The notes below the pieces were generated by a model that made no database searches, had not been told where the DNA came from, and saw only the letters and a list, made by a program, of their open reading frames with translations. DNA of 28,484 bases, from the IMG/VR virus record IMGVR_UViG_3300009614_000107. The stretch is one strand, 5' to 3'. Every line of letters begins with the position of its first letter. Positions within the stretch are counted from its first letter, which is position 1. This stretch comes from a virus (Duplodnaviria > Heunggongvirae > Uroviricota > Caudoviricetes). Shown here piece after piece: positions 7,473 to 17,302 of the stretch. The translations under genes were made by a program, and so were the position numbers.

Positions 7473-7775
7473 TTAAACCACCTGTTTTTTCTTCCTTTGT
7501 TCTTGTGTAAGTCTCTTGCAAAAGTTTACGATATCTGTAAGGCAATCTTCTTCAAACCAAATATCACTGAGTATTCTCATCCTCTCTCCATCTGCTTTTG
7601 CTGTAGACCTGAAAGCATATTTTCTCCATTGTGGGAACCAAGAAATTACACCCAACCAATCATTTGTTTGTGTGTTGGTTACGTGCCATACCTGAGTTTT
7701 TGGCTTATCTTCTTTTGGATCACGCCAGAAGTAAACCCATTTTCCATCATATCTATATTCAAATTTATTTTCCAA
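7473..7775 (-). CDS. Hypothetical protein
   Basis: ORF 7473-7823; likely start is TTG at 7775, just after the upstream stop, with a GAGG RBS. Confidence 0.6.
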   Translation of the reverse strand: MENKFEYRYDGKWVYFWRDPKEDKPKTQVWHVTNTQTNDWLGVISWFPQWRKYAFRSTAKADGERMRILSDIWFEEDCLTDIVNFCKRLTQEQRKKKQVV

Positions 7776-7776
7776 T

Positions 7777-8448
7777 TTATGAAACCTCTTCTTTTTTATC
7801 TTCCAGTTCAGGTAGACGGTCAACAGATAGTTGATCCTTGAGTTTTTCTAAACCAAGAGCCTTGAGTCTTTCTTCGATTAGGTGTGAGACTTCGTTCTTT
7901 GCCTCAATGACTGTCTGATCCATCTGCTCTGTGAAACTCTTTTTAATGTATGGAATATTTGAAGCGATTTGCATCCTAATCATATCTATCTGTTGCAGGA
8001 TTTCTTCTCTATCTTTCTTGCCGATGTTTGGCTTTGCTAAGATCTCCTTGATTTTTGTGATGAACTCGTTTGTTTCAGATGCTGTATCCTCTAATTTTTT
8101 CTTGAATTCCTCATCAAACTGGACACGTTTGCTCTCAAATGGTGGTGCTTCAATATTTTCACCATTAAACCACTCGATTGTGCAGGGTACTCCAGTTGTG
8201 TTGAGCGAAGTGATTGCGTCTGCCCACTGTGAGGGTGACATATAGACACTTATTAGAGGTGGAGAGATTGGGAAATAATCATCGTGGTAGATATCTCTAT
8301 TCAGTATGGCTCTTGAAATTTCGAGTTTTATGAATGCTTGCTGCTGGATACTGCTACCGAACAGGTTTTGTTTGCCAGATGATGTGCCTCTGACGATATC
8401 TATCATACCGAATGATGGGTGTTTCTTTTGATTGGCAAACATTTTCAT
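7777..8448 (-). CDS. Conserved-looking viral hypothetical protein with C-terminal coiled coil
   Basis: 223 aa; HPSFGMI...LFGSSI...MSPSQWA...GVPCTI pattern that I recognise from phage hypothetical proteins. Confidence 0.75.
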   Translation of the reverse strand: MKMFANQKKHPSFGMIDIVRGTSSGKQNLFGSSIQQQAFIKLEISRAILNRDIYHDDYFPISPPLISVYMSPSQWADAITSLNTTGVPCTIEWFNGENIEAPPFESKRVQFDEEFKKKLEDTASETNEFITKIKEILAKPNIGKKDREEILQQIDMIRMQIASNIPYIKKSFTEQMDQTVIEAKNEVSHLIEERLKALGLEKLKDQLSVDRLPELEDKKEEVS

Positions 8449-8717
8449 TTTTTCACCTTAAATATATTATCGAGTTCATCTGCACATTTATTGCGTATAT
8501 CCTCATCGTGCGGAATATAGTAATTTTTTTTATCTAAAGGATCATAAGTAGTTACACGTTTTCGCCAATTGTCTGGTAGAATATATATTTTTATTAATTG
8601 TGGGCAGTTGGATAGTGGTTTTTTAAGTATGCAACCATCTTCATCTTGACTACTTTCAGCACGATAATAGTTTATACATTTTTCACAGATTTCAGCCATA
8701 TCATCTATATCTATCAT
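8445..8717 (-). CDS. Cys-containing hypothetical protein
   Basis: CEKC...C...C; ATGA overlaps. Confidence 0.6.
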   Translation of the reverse strand: MIDIDDMAEICEKCINYYRAESSQDEDGCILKKPLSNCPQLIKIYILPDNWRKRVTTYDPLDKKNYYIPHDEDIRNKCADELDNIFKVKK

Positions 8718-8860
8718 TCTTTATTTTCCTCCTGATGATACTCAGGATGTGATGCTCGGCAATGTAATTCCACGAGATCCATACCACCCGTTTTATAACC
8801 CCAAGAAGCACCTTGAAGTTCTAAACAATGTTTATAATCTGGACATTTTTTGCAGATCAT
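8714..8860 (-). CDS. Small hypothetical protein (48 aa)
   Basis: Manual ORF MICKKCPDYKHC...; ATGA overlaps at both ends. Confidence 0.55.
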   Translation of the reverse strand: MICKKCPDYKHCLELQGASWGYKTGGMDLVELHCRASHPEYHQEENKE

Positions 8861-9114
8861 ATTGTGAACTTCCTGTGTAAAGTCTCATAGCTGGGTGTGT
8901 GACTGTGAACATTTCTGCACTCCGTGTGACACCAGCAATCAGAATCTGAGCATAGTCTTTTTGTGCCAAAACACCCTGGAATTTCTTTCTCCTTCTTTGG
9001 ATTAGGATAAAGTCTGCAATCGTTTCCATCATCTATCTCGAATGAGCAATGCAGAACGCCACCTGACGGACAGGATGGACACACAAACCCATTTCTATAA
9101 CAGTTCTCAGGCAT
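8857..9114 (-). CDS. Cys-rich hypothetical protein
   Basis: ORF track; multiple Cys clusters. Confidence 0.6.
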   Translation of the reverse strand: MPENCYRNGFVCPSCPSGGVLHCSFEIDDGNDCRLYPNPKKEKEIPGCFGTKRLCSDSDCWCHTECRNVHSHTPSYETLHRKFTI

Positions 9115-9352
9115 TTTTAACCAACTCTCTTTTCTTTGTCTTTGGATCGTAAATCTCTTTATCTGTTGCTCCCTCTGAGATCATAGTCCCATCATATAGA
9201 ACTTTCCAGCCTCTGCCACAGTTTGGGCAATCCCAATATCCATAGGGATATGCCCATTTAGCATATCCATTATCATTTTTGAAATTTTGAAGATGCTTCA
9301 CTCTGTCTACCAGTTTGCCTTTACCACAGTGAGGACACTTCAATGCACCCAC
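9107..9352 (-). CDS. Zn-ribbon protein
   Basis: CPHCG...CPNCG. Confidence 0.7.
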   Translation of the reverse strand: MGALKCPHCGKGKLVDRVKHLQNFKNDNGYAKWAYPYGYWDCPNCGRGWKVLYDGTMISEGATDKEIYDPKTKKRELVKNA

Positions 9353-9495
9353 ACCTCATATCCACAGTGGTGGCAAACAAACCATTGCCTGTCCATACCG
9401 TCAAAGACGGGAAATTCTGTCTCTGTTGATTTGCACTCAGGACATTGTGCAACAACTTTGCCGTCATCTTTTTTAACATATTTTAGGTCAACCAT
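9340..9495 (-). CDS. Zn-ribbon protein (51 aa)
   Basis: Manual ORF MVDLKYVKK...CPECK...CHHCGY. Confidence 0.6.
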   Translation of the reverse strand: MVDLKYVKKDDGKVVAQCPECKSTETEFPVFDGMDRQWFVCHHCGYEVWVH

Positions 9496-9796
9496 TTCTA
9501 TCACTTTCCATCATCTGGAGATATTTATATCCACCTTTTGGAAGTGTTTTACGATCTTCTGCACGTTGATTACATTGGCCATCTATCAAGCCTGGACGAA
9601 GCGTTATTCTGTAATCATTCCATAATTTGCCATATTTAAAGGCTTGAATCATCTCGTCAATCATAATATGAAATTCTGGGATTGATGTTTTTTGTTGATA
9701 GTTTATCTCGTGATAAAAATTACAAAGTGCTGACCACGATGTGTTTTTATTGCGTGTTGTCAAGTAACAGGCGTAAATTTGATCTGGTGGCATCAT
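9488..9796 (-). CDS. Hypothetical protein
   Basis: ORF track; tiles with neighbours. Confidence 0.55.
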   Translation of the reverse strand: MMPPDQIYACYLTTRNKNTSWSALCNFYHEINYQQKTSIPEFHIMIDEMIQAFKYGKLWNDYRITLRPGLIDGQCNQRAEDRKTLPKGGYKYLQMMESDRNG

Positions 9797-10125
9797 TTGG
9801 GATCCCTGTTTTCTAGTTTGTAAACTTCCGCTTCGTCTATACCAAACTCAAAGTCTTTTGAATCGTCAACTCTGCAAAGTGTGCAGTAATCATCCCAATC
9901 CATGCAGACCATTTGTCCATTTTCACCCATAAACCAACCTTCCTTGTTAGTCCAGCCTATGAAAAATGGGCATCTTACTTTTTCAAAACCATTTTTGACC
10001 ATATATTGTCTATATTCTTCTCTGTAGTTGGCATCTTCATCTGATGTTATCTTGGAAATATCTATATCTTTAATGCCTTTGACTTCTCGAAGCCAACCAG
10101 AGTAAGTATAGTTTACAGGTTTCAT
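9793..10125 (-). CDS. Hypothetical protein
   Basis: ORF track; GAGGATGA RBS-like sequence upstream. Confidence 0.65.
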   Translation of the reverse strand: MKPVNYTYSGWLREVKGIKDIDISKITSDEDANYREEYRQYMVKNGFEKVRCPFFIGWTNKEGWFMGENGQMVCMDWDDYCTLCRVDDSKDFEFGIDEAEVYKLENRDPK

Positions 10126-10135
10126 TTTATCATCC

Positions 10136-10372
10136 TCAAATTGATTTTATGAGAGAAGTTCCTTTTCTCTCGGACTCAGGTGGTGTCAGTTCATTAAAAC
10201 ATTTTGGAAATATCCAAAAAACTTCACCAATACAAAGAGCAAAGTTGACACCCCACATAGCAACCATAATCCAATTTTGTGTGATAGTGATATTAATGAC
10301 TAAGAATGATACTGCCATTGATATATGTAATGGTATCCAGAACATCTCGAAATATGCAAATTTATGTCCCAT
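10136..10372 (-). CDS. Two-TM membrane protein
   Basis: Two hydrophobic segments. Confidence 0.6.
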   Translation of the reverse strand: MGHKFAYFEMFWIPLHISMAVSFLVINITITQNWIMVAMWGVNFALCIGEVFWIFPKCFNELTPPESERKGTSLIKSI

Positions 10373-10805
10373 TGAGTTTCGCCTGTTCCTCTTGAATTAT
10401 TCCAAACAACTTCTCCTCATCATCCTTAGAGATTACGTCTGCTAGATGAAGAAGATATCTGAAATTATCGATGAGATTCCAGAGATCATTACCGTAATTA
10501 TCTGGGTCGAGTGCCTTCTGCTTGTGTTCGTCAAAGTTCTCCATAGAGTCACGCCAGTAGATTGGGAATGTCATTATGTGGCTTCTAAGTTGCTCGTTGT
10601 CCTTTATTCTATGAGAAACATTCCAGGCTAGACTGTGCTCTTTAAGTGCCTTGATTTCATCTGGGAATAGGTCACAAGCACCCTTGAGTTTTCCTAGAAA
10701 GACGTTAATATCTCCGAGTTCGGATGAACCAAGTGAGTGCATTGAGTATAGGATAGCATAGGTGTACACTTCACTGTTCATTTCTAGGATTTTTTTAAGA
10801 CTCAA
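10362..10805 (-). CDS. Hypothetical protein
   Basis: ORF track; short overlaps with neighbours. Confidence 0.65.
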   Translation of the reverse strand: MSLKKILEMNSEVYTYAILYSMHSLGSSELGDINVFLGKLKGACDLFPDEIKALKEHSLAWNVSHRIKDNEQLRSHIMTFPIYWRDSMENFDEHKQKALDPDNYGNDLWNLIDNFRYLLHLADVISKDDEEKLFGIIQEEQAKLNGT

Positions 10806-11139
10806 TTTTTTTTACCTTCTTACTATCTATTAAGATAAATATTATAGCAGATATACTACCAAAAACAACTACCCAGTTAATAAGAGGTGTGCCATCAACT
10901 CCTATTGGATAGTTAAATATATTCATATATTCACCCATAAGATTTTTAGACCAATCGAGATAACCAAGTGAATATGAAGGAACTAAGATATAAAATGGTA
11001 AACCAACTATTTCCATTAAAGCAATAAAGAAAGAGATACCTAAGAATACGAAGGTAAAAATTACTGGTATAAAAACGATTTTTTGTGATAGTCTGGTGCT
11101 CTTCCACCAATTACTTACAAATTCAAGGCTCATTTCCAT
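10795..11139 (-). CDS. Membrane protein
   Basis: Two to three hydrophobic segments. Confidence 0.6.
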   Translation of the reverse strand: MEMSLEFVSNWWKSTRLSQKIVFIPVIFTFVFLGISFFIALMEIVGLPFYILVPSYSLGYLDWSKNLMGEYMNIFNYPIGVDGTPLINWVVVFGSISAIIFILIDSKKVKKIES

Positions 11140-11408
11140 ATTTGCTCCTTTGTGGCTTTAACTGTAACGTAAATATTATCCCACTTGACGTTGAGATAAT
11201 CCTTCCAGTGGGAAGAATCTTCACCTGTACTCTGCATCTCCAAGTCTTGACTGTCCTCTGTTATGAGGTTTTGGTATTCATCAACTATGACAAATTTGGG
11301 GATTTTTTTGCTGACTATCTCGCAGCAGGAGCGTCCATAACAGTTTGCCCAACCATTAAGATATCCTTGACAGGTCTTTGTGCAGTTGTACATCATCCAG
11401 ACTTTCAT
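11130..11408 (-). CDS. Hypothetical protein
   Basis: ORF track; ATGA overlap. Confidence 0.6.
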   Translation of the reverse strand: MKVWMMYNCTKTCQGYLNGWANCYGRSCCEIVSKKIPKFVIVDEYQNLITEDSQDLEMQSTGEDSSHWKDYLNVKWDNIYVTVKATKEQIWK

Positions 11409-11710
11409 TGACCAAGCTCTCCTAGTTGTTTATTGAAATATTCTATAATTTGCTCTGGGGTTTTGCCTACTAGTTCTTTCTCAATCATATCTATCTGCTT
11501 TTCCATATGCTCTGTTGTGCATTTCTTTGAATGTGCATCTAGAACTTTCTTATAAGAAGCAAAGTCTGGATATTTCTCAGCTTTAACAACATAACCACAC
11601 CAAATGCACTTCCAGGGCATCTTCTTATAATATCCAATCTCCTGTATATCGAGTAGTTTGCCCCTAAGAATTTCTGTTGTATTATCCAGTTCGGTCATTA
11701 TGTCCTTCAT
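11405..11710 (-). CDS. Zn-finger-like protein
   Basis: CIWCG...H...C; ATGA overlap. Confidence 0.6.
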   Translation of the reverse strand: MKDIMTELDNTTEILRGKLLDIQEIGYYKKMPWKCIWCGYVVKAEKYPDFASYKKVLDAHSKKCTTEHMEKQIDMIEKELVGKTPEQIIEYFNKQLGELGQ

Positions 11711-11955
11711 CTTGTGTCACCTAACTTGTTAAACGTCAATATAATTCCATTATATATTAGATAGATTATTGCTAAAACTGTTATTATTGCTACAATTGCC
11801 ATTATACAAGCAACTATCCAAAGTAAATAGTAGTTGTCTCTCACAAGGAAGGCTAATCCAATTAACCCAAGAATGCCTAACCCCCATAGGAATGCTATGA
11901 AAGCACCTTGTTTTTTGTTCATTAATTTATCTGTTTTATTTGGTTCTTCACTCAT
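11707..11955 (-). CDS. Two-TM membrane protein
   Basis: ORF 11707-11979; likely start is ATG at 11955 (MSEEPN), after the upstream stop. Confidence 0.6.
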   Translation of the reverse strand: MSEEPNKTDKLMNKKQGAFIAFLWGLGILGLIGLAFLVRDNYYLLWIVACIMAIVAIITVLAIIYLIYNGIILTFNKLGDTR

Positions 11956-11956
11956 T

Positions 11957-12742
11957 TTACATATCCCCCAGTTTCTCATCCCATTCCAACATTTTATCTC
12001 TAAATGTTTTTAAAGAATCATAATCTGCAATGGCTGGTATTGTTGGAATAGATGATATTGCAGTTCTCCACTTTTTATTTTCTTCCTGAATCTTCTCAAG
12101 ACGAGACTCTGCTTGTATGGCTCTATCTTTCCAAGTGAGTTTGTTTATGAACATTAGAGCATCTGTTCTATTATATTCTGAAATCAAACTTGCTATCCAG
12201 TTTTCATAATGCCTATTTTCTTCCTGAACCTTTTTTAGATCTTCTTCAGTGTCAGCTACACCTCTTGAATAGCCACTTAATTCAGCCTCATCATAGATTT
12301 GTTGGCTTCTCTCAGTTTGGGCTTTATTGATTGCAAATACCGCCTCTCGTCTGACATTGGATAGTTCATCTGTAAGTTGATTGTTTTTGAACTCAGCATC
12401 CTTTATTCGTTTTTCCATATGTTTGATGAACTCCACAACATATTCACCATCAGGATTGATAACATCATTCCCAACATAATCCATAATAATTTTAAATTCA
12501 GTCTTTTCTATCTCCAACCTCTTCTTTATCTGATATAATTCTTTGCTTATTCTCTCGATAGCATCATCTTCCATTGATTTATCAGATTCTATCTGTTGTT
12601 TGAGTGTAACAATATCAGCTTCAATGTTTTTCTTATATCTGAAAAGAGAATCAACATCAGTTCTGGTTAAAGTCACCTTGGCTCTTGGTGCTTCAAGATA
12701 TTTCCATAAGTTCTCTACAGGATCGATTCGTTTTTCATTCAT
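11957..12742 (-). CDS. Coiled-coil protein
   Basis: 261 aa, heptad-rich E/K/Q segments. Confidence 0.7.
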   Translation of the reverse strand: MNEKRIDPVENLWKYLEAPRAKVTLTRTDVDSLFRYKKNIEADIVTLKQQIESDKSMEDDAIERISKELYQIKKRLEIEKTEFKIIMDYVGNDVINPDGEYVVEFIKHMEKRIKDAEFKNNQLTDELSNVRREAVFAINKAQTERSQQIYDEAELSGYSRGVADTEEDLKKVQEENRHYENWIASLISEYNRTDALMFINKLTWKDRAIQAESRLEKIQEENKKWRTAISSIPTIPAIADYDSLKTFRDKMLEWDEKLGDM

Positions 12743-13236
12743 TTCTTTGATTCCACCTCAAGTTCATCGGGTTCATCTCTGTATGATTTTAATAAACGAA
12801 GTTCTTCCTGAACCTTCACCAGTGTATTATGCTCGTCTTTATTATTTTGAATACATAAGTCACAAGAGTCGTTAATTCGCTTGATTTCAGCCTTAGCAAT
12901 ATCATATTTCACTTTTAATTCCCTATAAGAATCAAAAAGTTCTTTCCACCATCTAATTGATGTTTGTTCATCTATTGTTAGTGAGTTATACATATCTGTA
13001 AGTCGCTTGACATCATCCTCAAGAGATTTCTTTTCATCCCAGATCTGTTTCAGCCAGATATGCCAACACTCTTTGTGAACAGGTTCGTTATCAAAACCAA
13101 TAATCACCGTGTTAATATCAGTGAACTCTTTTTTACAGACAGGACAAACTTTTCCATCTGTTACATTATGGAAAGCGTTTCCTATAATTAATCGGTAGAT
13201 CTCCTCTGATTCTTTCTCATTTAGCTTCTCATTCAA
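12739..13236 (-). CDS. Zn-finger plus coiled-coil protein
   Basis: CPVC...HKEC then heptads; shares a KVQEE motif with the downstream gene. Confidence 0.7.
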   Translation of the reverse strand: MNEKLNEKESEEIYRLIIGNAFHNVTDGKVCPVCKKEFTDINTVIIGFDNEPVHKECWHIWLKQIWDEKKSLEDDVKRLTDMYNSLTIDEQTSIRWWKELFDSYRELKVKYDIAKAEIKRINDSCDLCIQNNKDEHNTLVKVQEELRLLKSYRDEPDELEVESKK

Positions 13237-13388
13237 TGATATTCACACTCACAATCGTCCTCTGGCTGACCACAATCAGCACAGATATATTGGTCTTTTT
13301 CTGCATCTAAGTGTAAGAACGAGCCACACCAACATCTCATTCCAGCAAGTTTGTCAAGTTCGGTTAGTTCTATTTTTTGTTTATCCAA
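13233..13388 (-). CDS. Small Zn-binding protein (51 aa)
   Basis: Manual ORF (TTG) MDKQKIEL...CWCG...CADCG...CEC. Confidence 0.55.
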   Translation of the reverse strand: MDKQKIELTELDKLAGMRCWCGSFLHLDAEKDQYICADCGQPEDDCECEYH

Positions 13389-13391
13389 ATT

Positions 13392-13850
13392 TTACCACTC
13401 CGAAATTTTTACAATGTCACGAATCTGCATTATCATCTTTCCGAGCTTGTCCTGACCTTTAAAACCCCAGTATGGATGGCTTGTGTTTTCGTGGAGAACA
13501 GCATCACCAGTGAGTACAAGTTGCTCCTTTAAGCCTTCGTTCTTTACAAACTTTGCCTTTAATCCAGCCATCATAACTGTGTCCTTGACCCTATCCCAAT
13601 CTTTGCGAATTTTCTCGACTGAGAAGGATTGGCCAGCTTTCATAGCTGAAAATGGTGTGGGTGAGTTGATTATCCACTGAACTAGTTCAGGATCTGTGTA
13701 TTTTGCACTTTGATAGAAATGTTCTACTGAACCATATTTTCTTGGTGTTTTATCTAGAGACACTGGGTTGACAACCGTTATTTCAACTGGGTAGAGATTA
13801 GATAGGAAATTGTACTTCTCAGACCTATAGTTGAAATAGATTTCGTTCAT
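13392..13850 (-). CDS. NADAR (YbiA-like) family protein
   Basis: FLSNLYP, SVEHFYQSAKY, DWDRVK..VM...LKAKF, LVLTGDAVLHE, YWG, LGKMIMQIR; promoter at 13879-13890. Confidence 0.9.
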   Translation of the reverse strand: MNEIYFNYRSEKYNFLSNLYPVEITVVNPVSLDKTPRKYGSVEHFYQSAKYTDPELVQWIINSPTPFSAMKAGQSFSVEKIRKDWDRVKDTVMMAGLKAKFVKNEGLKEQLVLTGDAVLHENTSHPYWGFKGQDKLGKMIMQIRDIVKISEW

Positions 13851-13894
13851 TTAGTTCGTTATGTATAAGGTGTTTGTGTTTATAAATATTCTGG

Positions 13895-14203
13895 TTATGG
13901 ACGAATTAAGTTCTCAAACCTATGTGTAACAGTACTCAGAGGAGCACCCATACTTGAACCCGTTCCAACCCAACCACGATGAGGCGTTTCTACGGCTATA
14001 TCGTAGAGCATTCCTTGGTAGGCTGGACTTGACATTTTTCTCTGCCAATCGACAAGTTCACCCCACTCGATTAGGGCTACTCTTATTGGGTGCTGTTTTG
14101 AGGCTATATATCCAGGTTGGCTTCTTGTTATAAGACCAAATCTCACAACATTTCTTCTTCTCTTTTTGAGTGATTTTCGAGTCTCGACCCAGATAGTGAC
14201 CAA
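13895..14203 (-). CDS. Hypothetical protein
   Basis: ORF track; first gene of the leftward arm at a divergent intergenic region. Confidence 0.5.
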   Translation of the reverse strand: MVTIWVETRKSLKKRRRNVVRFGLITRSQPGYIASKQHPIRVALIEWGELVDWQRKMSSPAYQGMLYDIAVETPHRGWVGTGSSMGAPLSTVTHRFENLIRP

Positions 14204-14310
14204 GGATGTTCTATATGATAATTCAATATTAGACGTTTAAACTTTGTGTATATGCCGTTATGATAATAAAGATTTAATAGCCGTTTATAAATACATATGA
14301 TAGAAATAGC

Positions 14311-14811
14311 TTGTCATCTTTAAGAAAAAAGACTTGGGATGACTTTACTAATTACCTCAGAGAACAATGGACAGGTTTTCCACCAGAAATCCAAGAGGGA
14401 GCAAGTAGAGTTTACAGACGAGTTGGTCCAGTTGCTAATAAGACAGCACAGTACTATGCAAACTCTGGAAAAGAACAAGGCAAGAGAGCAATTATGGAAA
14501 ATCTTAAAAAAGTTCCTTTGAGAACACCATATACTGGTCCTAATGCTTTCAAACCAAAACCAAAACCCGATCCAAATAAAAGAAAGGGAAGTTGGTGGGA
14601 TATAGTACTTTCTCCGAAAGAACAGGATGATATTAAAGCAGCTAGAGAAAAATTAAGAAATGGTTATAATTCAGTTACAGATACAAGTACAGTAAATCAG
14701 ACTGTTGTTGTGAATAAACCAACAAGAAAATCTAGTAAAAATGTAGCTGTTTCTAAAAGTTCAATTCCAAGTTATTTACAGCCAGATGATAAGAAAAAGG
14801 TGAAGAAGTAA
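14311..14811 (+). CDS. Basic hypothetical protein
   Basis: 166 aa, Lys/Pro-rich; TTTATAAA at 14284-14291. Confidence 0.7.
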   Translation: MSSLRKKTWDDFTNYLREQWTGFPPEIQEGASRVYRRVGPVANKTAQYYANSGKEQGKRAIMENLKKVPLRTPYTGPNAFKPKPKPDPNKRKGSWWDIVLSPKEQDDIKAAREKLRNGYNSVTDTSTVNQTVVVNKPTRKSSKNVAVSKSSIPSYLQPDDKKKVKK

Positions 14812-14812
14812 A

Positions 14813-15505
14813 ATGTCATTCTTTGGATTAGGTCCATTCGAACTAATACTAGGTGCTGGTGCAATTGTCGCTGTTGGAGCAGTTGTTTGGACAATGCGTG
14901 GCTCTGGTGGCAAAATCAGAAAAACAGTCACTTTCTTGATGCCTGGAGAAAGGAGAGGTGTAGAACTTAGGGTTACTAAAGAAACCGACTATGGGCTATA
15001 CACAAAGAAATCAGAGGGTGTAAGTAGAAGATTCATTAAATTGGCTCGTGGATATGCCATTAAGAGAGGAAGTAGCAATGTTGTTACTTTCTTCGGTCTT
15101 GAAGGCACTATCTTCACTGCTGCACCTGGAAAAATCTCTATGAGGAGAAACTTGGCTGAAACGCTCAAGTTCCTCTGGGGAGAACCTTTCTACGATCAAA
15201 TTCCAGAACCTGAGAGGAAGATTGTTGAGGCTGGCACTATTGGTGTAACAGTTGAAGTTGATCCATCGGACTTAGAGCAATTAGGTATCACTGAGGATGA
15301 TGAGTCTGAAGAAGGCAGAAAGATCCTAAGAATGTCCTCTGTTGATGTGAATGCTGAGACAGATGCACAAGTTCTAGAGACAATTGCAAATGCCAACAAG
15401 CCAAAGGTAGAGAATAGAAGGGAACTATATCAGATGCTTATTGGTATGGGTCTTGGCTTCGGACTTTGCCTATTCCTTGCATCTCAGGGCTGGATTAAGA
15501 TATGA
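14813..15505 (+). CDS. Membrane protein with N- and C-terminal TM helices (putative morphogenesis module)
   Basis: Terminal hydrophobic helices; in an operon with the ATPase. Confidence 0.75.
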   Translation: MSFFGLGPFELILGAGAIVAVGAVVWTMRGSGGKIRKTVTFLMPGERRGVELRVTKETDYGLYTKKSEGVSRRFIKLARGYAIKRGSSNVVTFFGLEGTIFTAAPGKISMRRNLAETLKFLWGEPFYDQIPEPERKIVEAGTIGVTVEVDPSDLEQLGITEDDESEEGRKILRMSSVDVNAETDAQVLETIANANKPKVENRRELYQMLIGMGLGFGLCLFLASQGWIKI

Positions 15506-15765
15506 CCGAAAAAAGAAAGTTTGTTGATATTTTAAAGAATATCAATCCTTCATATCACATTAATTTGTTCATTCGTTGCTTGATACCAACACTATCAATT
15601 GTACTAGCAATCGCAATTATGCTTATTGCTATACCATCATCAGTAACAGATATATTTATGTTTGATTTGTCATATGTACAGTTCCTAGCAAGAATACTAG
15701 TTATAATCTTTATGTATAATATTGGTAACTTCATCATAAGAGAAATAGTCTTAGGAGTAACTTAA
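15502..15765 (+). CDS. Two-TM membrane protein
   Basis: Hydrophobic; ATGA overlap. Confidence 0.65.
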   Translation: MTEKRKFVDILKNINPSYHINLFIRCLIPTLSIVLAIAIMLIAIPSSVTDIFMFDLSYVQFLARILVIIFMYNIGNFIIREIVLGVT

Positions 15766-15767
15766 AA

Positions 15768-16166
15768 ATGTCTGCTGAAGATATGGGTCCACCGCCAGAT
15801 ATGGTCGGTCAGAGTCTAGCACCACAACTTGGTACAGACTCTATGGACTTAGGTATGGGCAAGACGGATATGCGTAGACTTACGATAATTCCGAGAGAAC
15901 TGCTTATGCCTGTTATGTATGGAGAGATCAGGTCACAGAAAAGCCAGACTTGGGTGACTGTTCTTGATGTCATAAAGAATTGGTCTGTGGCCATTGGTGG
16001 CAGAGGACGTAGAGACATCATCCGTATGGAACAGGTTTCCAGAGGTGGTGGTGGTGTCAACGTTGAGGCAGAGATAGAGGCTAACAAGCCTAACTGGGTT
16101 GCCAGAAACGTTTACGACAGAGACTGGAAGGATACCAAGCTCAGGGAAGCTGGGGAAATCGTCTAA
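15768..16166 (+). CDS. Hypothetical protein
   Basis: 132 aa; GGAG RBS. Confidence 0.75.
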   Translation: MSAEDMGPPPDMVGQSLAPQLGTDSMDLGMGKTDMRRLTIIPRELLMPVMYGEIRSQKSQTWVTVLDVIKNWSVAIGGRGRRDIIRMEQVSRGGGGVNVEAEIEANKPNWVARNVYDRDWKDTKLREAGEIV

Positions 16167-16177
16167 GGTGAAATCAC

Positions 16178-16414
16178 TTGAAATGCCCAAAATGTGGTTC
16201 TGATATGATCAAATATGAATGTCCAGTCTGTGGTTACATATCCAATACTTGGATCAAAGTCCTCAAACTAATAAAAGAATTGCCAAATAATGTTGGCAAA
16301 AAGGGTGGTAGAGATATTATACAATGCCATATATGGAATGATGAAGAGGACAAATCTATTTATGATAGAGATTGGAAATCCGACAAACCCAAGGAAGCTG
16401 GGGAGATTGTTTAG
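16178..16414 (+). CDS. Zn-ribbon protein, partial paralog of 15768-16166
   Basis: CPKCG...CPVCG then RDII...YDRDWK...EAGEIV; GGTGA RBS. Confidence 0.65.
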   Translation: MKCPKCGSDMIKYECPVCGYISNTWIKVLKLIKELPNNVGKKGGRDIIQCHIWNDEEDKSIYDRDWKSDKPKEAGEIV

Positions 16415-16534
16415 ACAACTGGTGAGACTGTCAAGCACAAACACAGTCATTTCTGATAATTTTTTGGTTCCTTTCTTTTTCCTGATTATAATAATATTTG
16501 TGATTGATTGGTTATCGTGGAGGGATACTAAGAG

Positions 16535-17302
16535 TTGGCACAAAACACAAGAGAACAAAATAGAGAAGCAGTAGCCAAGAAGTACAGTCTGCCAGATGCA
16601 GACATTCGTGATACAGTAACTATTTCACAGTTACTTTACAGACAAATTGAGAGATGTAACCAGGCTGGTTCGAGTAATGAAAATCTGAACTTTGAGGGAA
16701 CAGTTGATGTCCTTTTCCAGATGGTTCCAAACCACGTTAGACAGTCTGTTGTTGGTCGTGTAAAAGAGTATAAACAAACCACGGAGAAACCAGTCTACAG
16801 ATACAATGCTGGCACACCGATTGGATCTCCAGAGCACCCAGTAAGATTGCCAGACGGGACAATTTGGAGTCCGATTATGGAGAAGTCTGAATTCATAGAC
16901 TATAGGTTGCTCTTCAACATCATAATGCAGGAACTTGAAAATTCTAAGATTACTTGGCGTTATGATTCAATGACTATGGAGCTCGGAAAAGTAGATGTTG
17001 TTGAAGTTGAAATTCCAATCGAGACTCAGGAGAAAGCCAAAATATATCTAGAGAAACTTATCGAAGAAGATAAGAAGGCTGGATATGATTACGCAGAAAT
17101 CAGTGCAGAAAGTGCATATTACAATCTATGTAAGAAGATAACACCTGAGATTCCTCCACCATCACCTGTGTTCAAGGAAACTAACGCAGACTTTGATGTA
17201 GATGATACTGAGGATACAAAGGAGGGAACACAGGCTCTTCCTGAAGCAGAAGAGGGAGAAGAAGTAGAGGGAGAAGGTGAGGGAGAAGAAGATGAGTCGT
17301 AG
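16535..17302 (+). CDS. Hypothetical protein with acidic C-terminal tail
   Basis: 255 aa; GGAGG RBS; E/G-rich tail. Confidence 0.75.
   Translation: MAQNTREQNREAVAKKYSLPDADIRDTVTISQLLYRQIERCNQAGSSNENLNFEGTVDVLFQMVPNHVRQSVVGRVKEYKQTTEKPVYRYNAGTPIGSPEHPVRLPDGTIWSPIMEKSEFIDYRLLFNIIMQELENSKITWRYDSMTMELGKVDVVEVEIPIETQEKAKIYLEKLIEEDKKAGYDYAEISAESAYYNLCKKITPEIPPPSPVFKETNADFDVDDTEDTKEGTQALPEAEEGEEVEGEGEGEEDES

Noticed and set aside
75-13680. Numerous plus-strand ORFs in the left arm (e.g. 607-807, 971-1281, 4108-4314, 7401-7841, 12543-12875)
   Set aside because: Shadow ORFs antisense to a tightly tiled minus-strand gene set, with no promoters or motifs.
16290-16574. 94-aa plus ORF overlapping 16178-16414
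   Set aside because: Largely overlaps better-supported genes. A short TM peptide in its 3' half is possible but unsupported.
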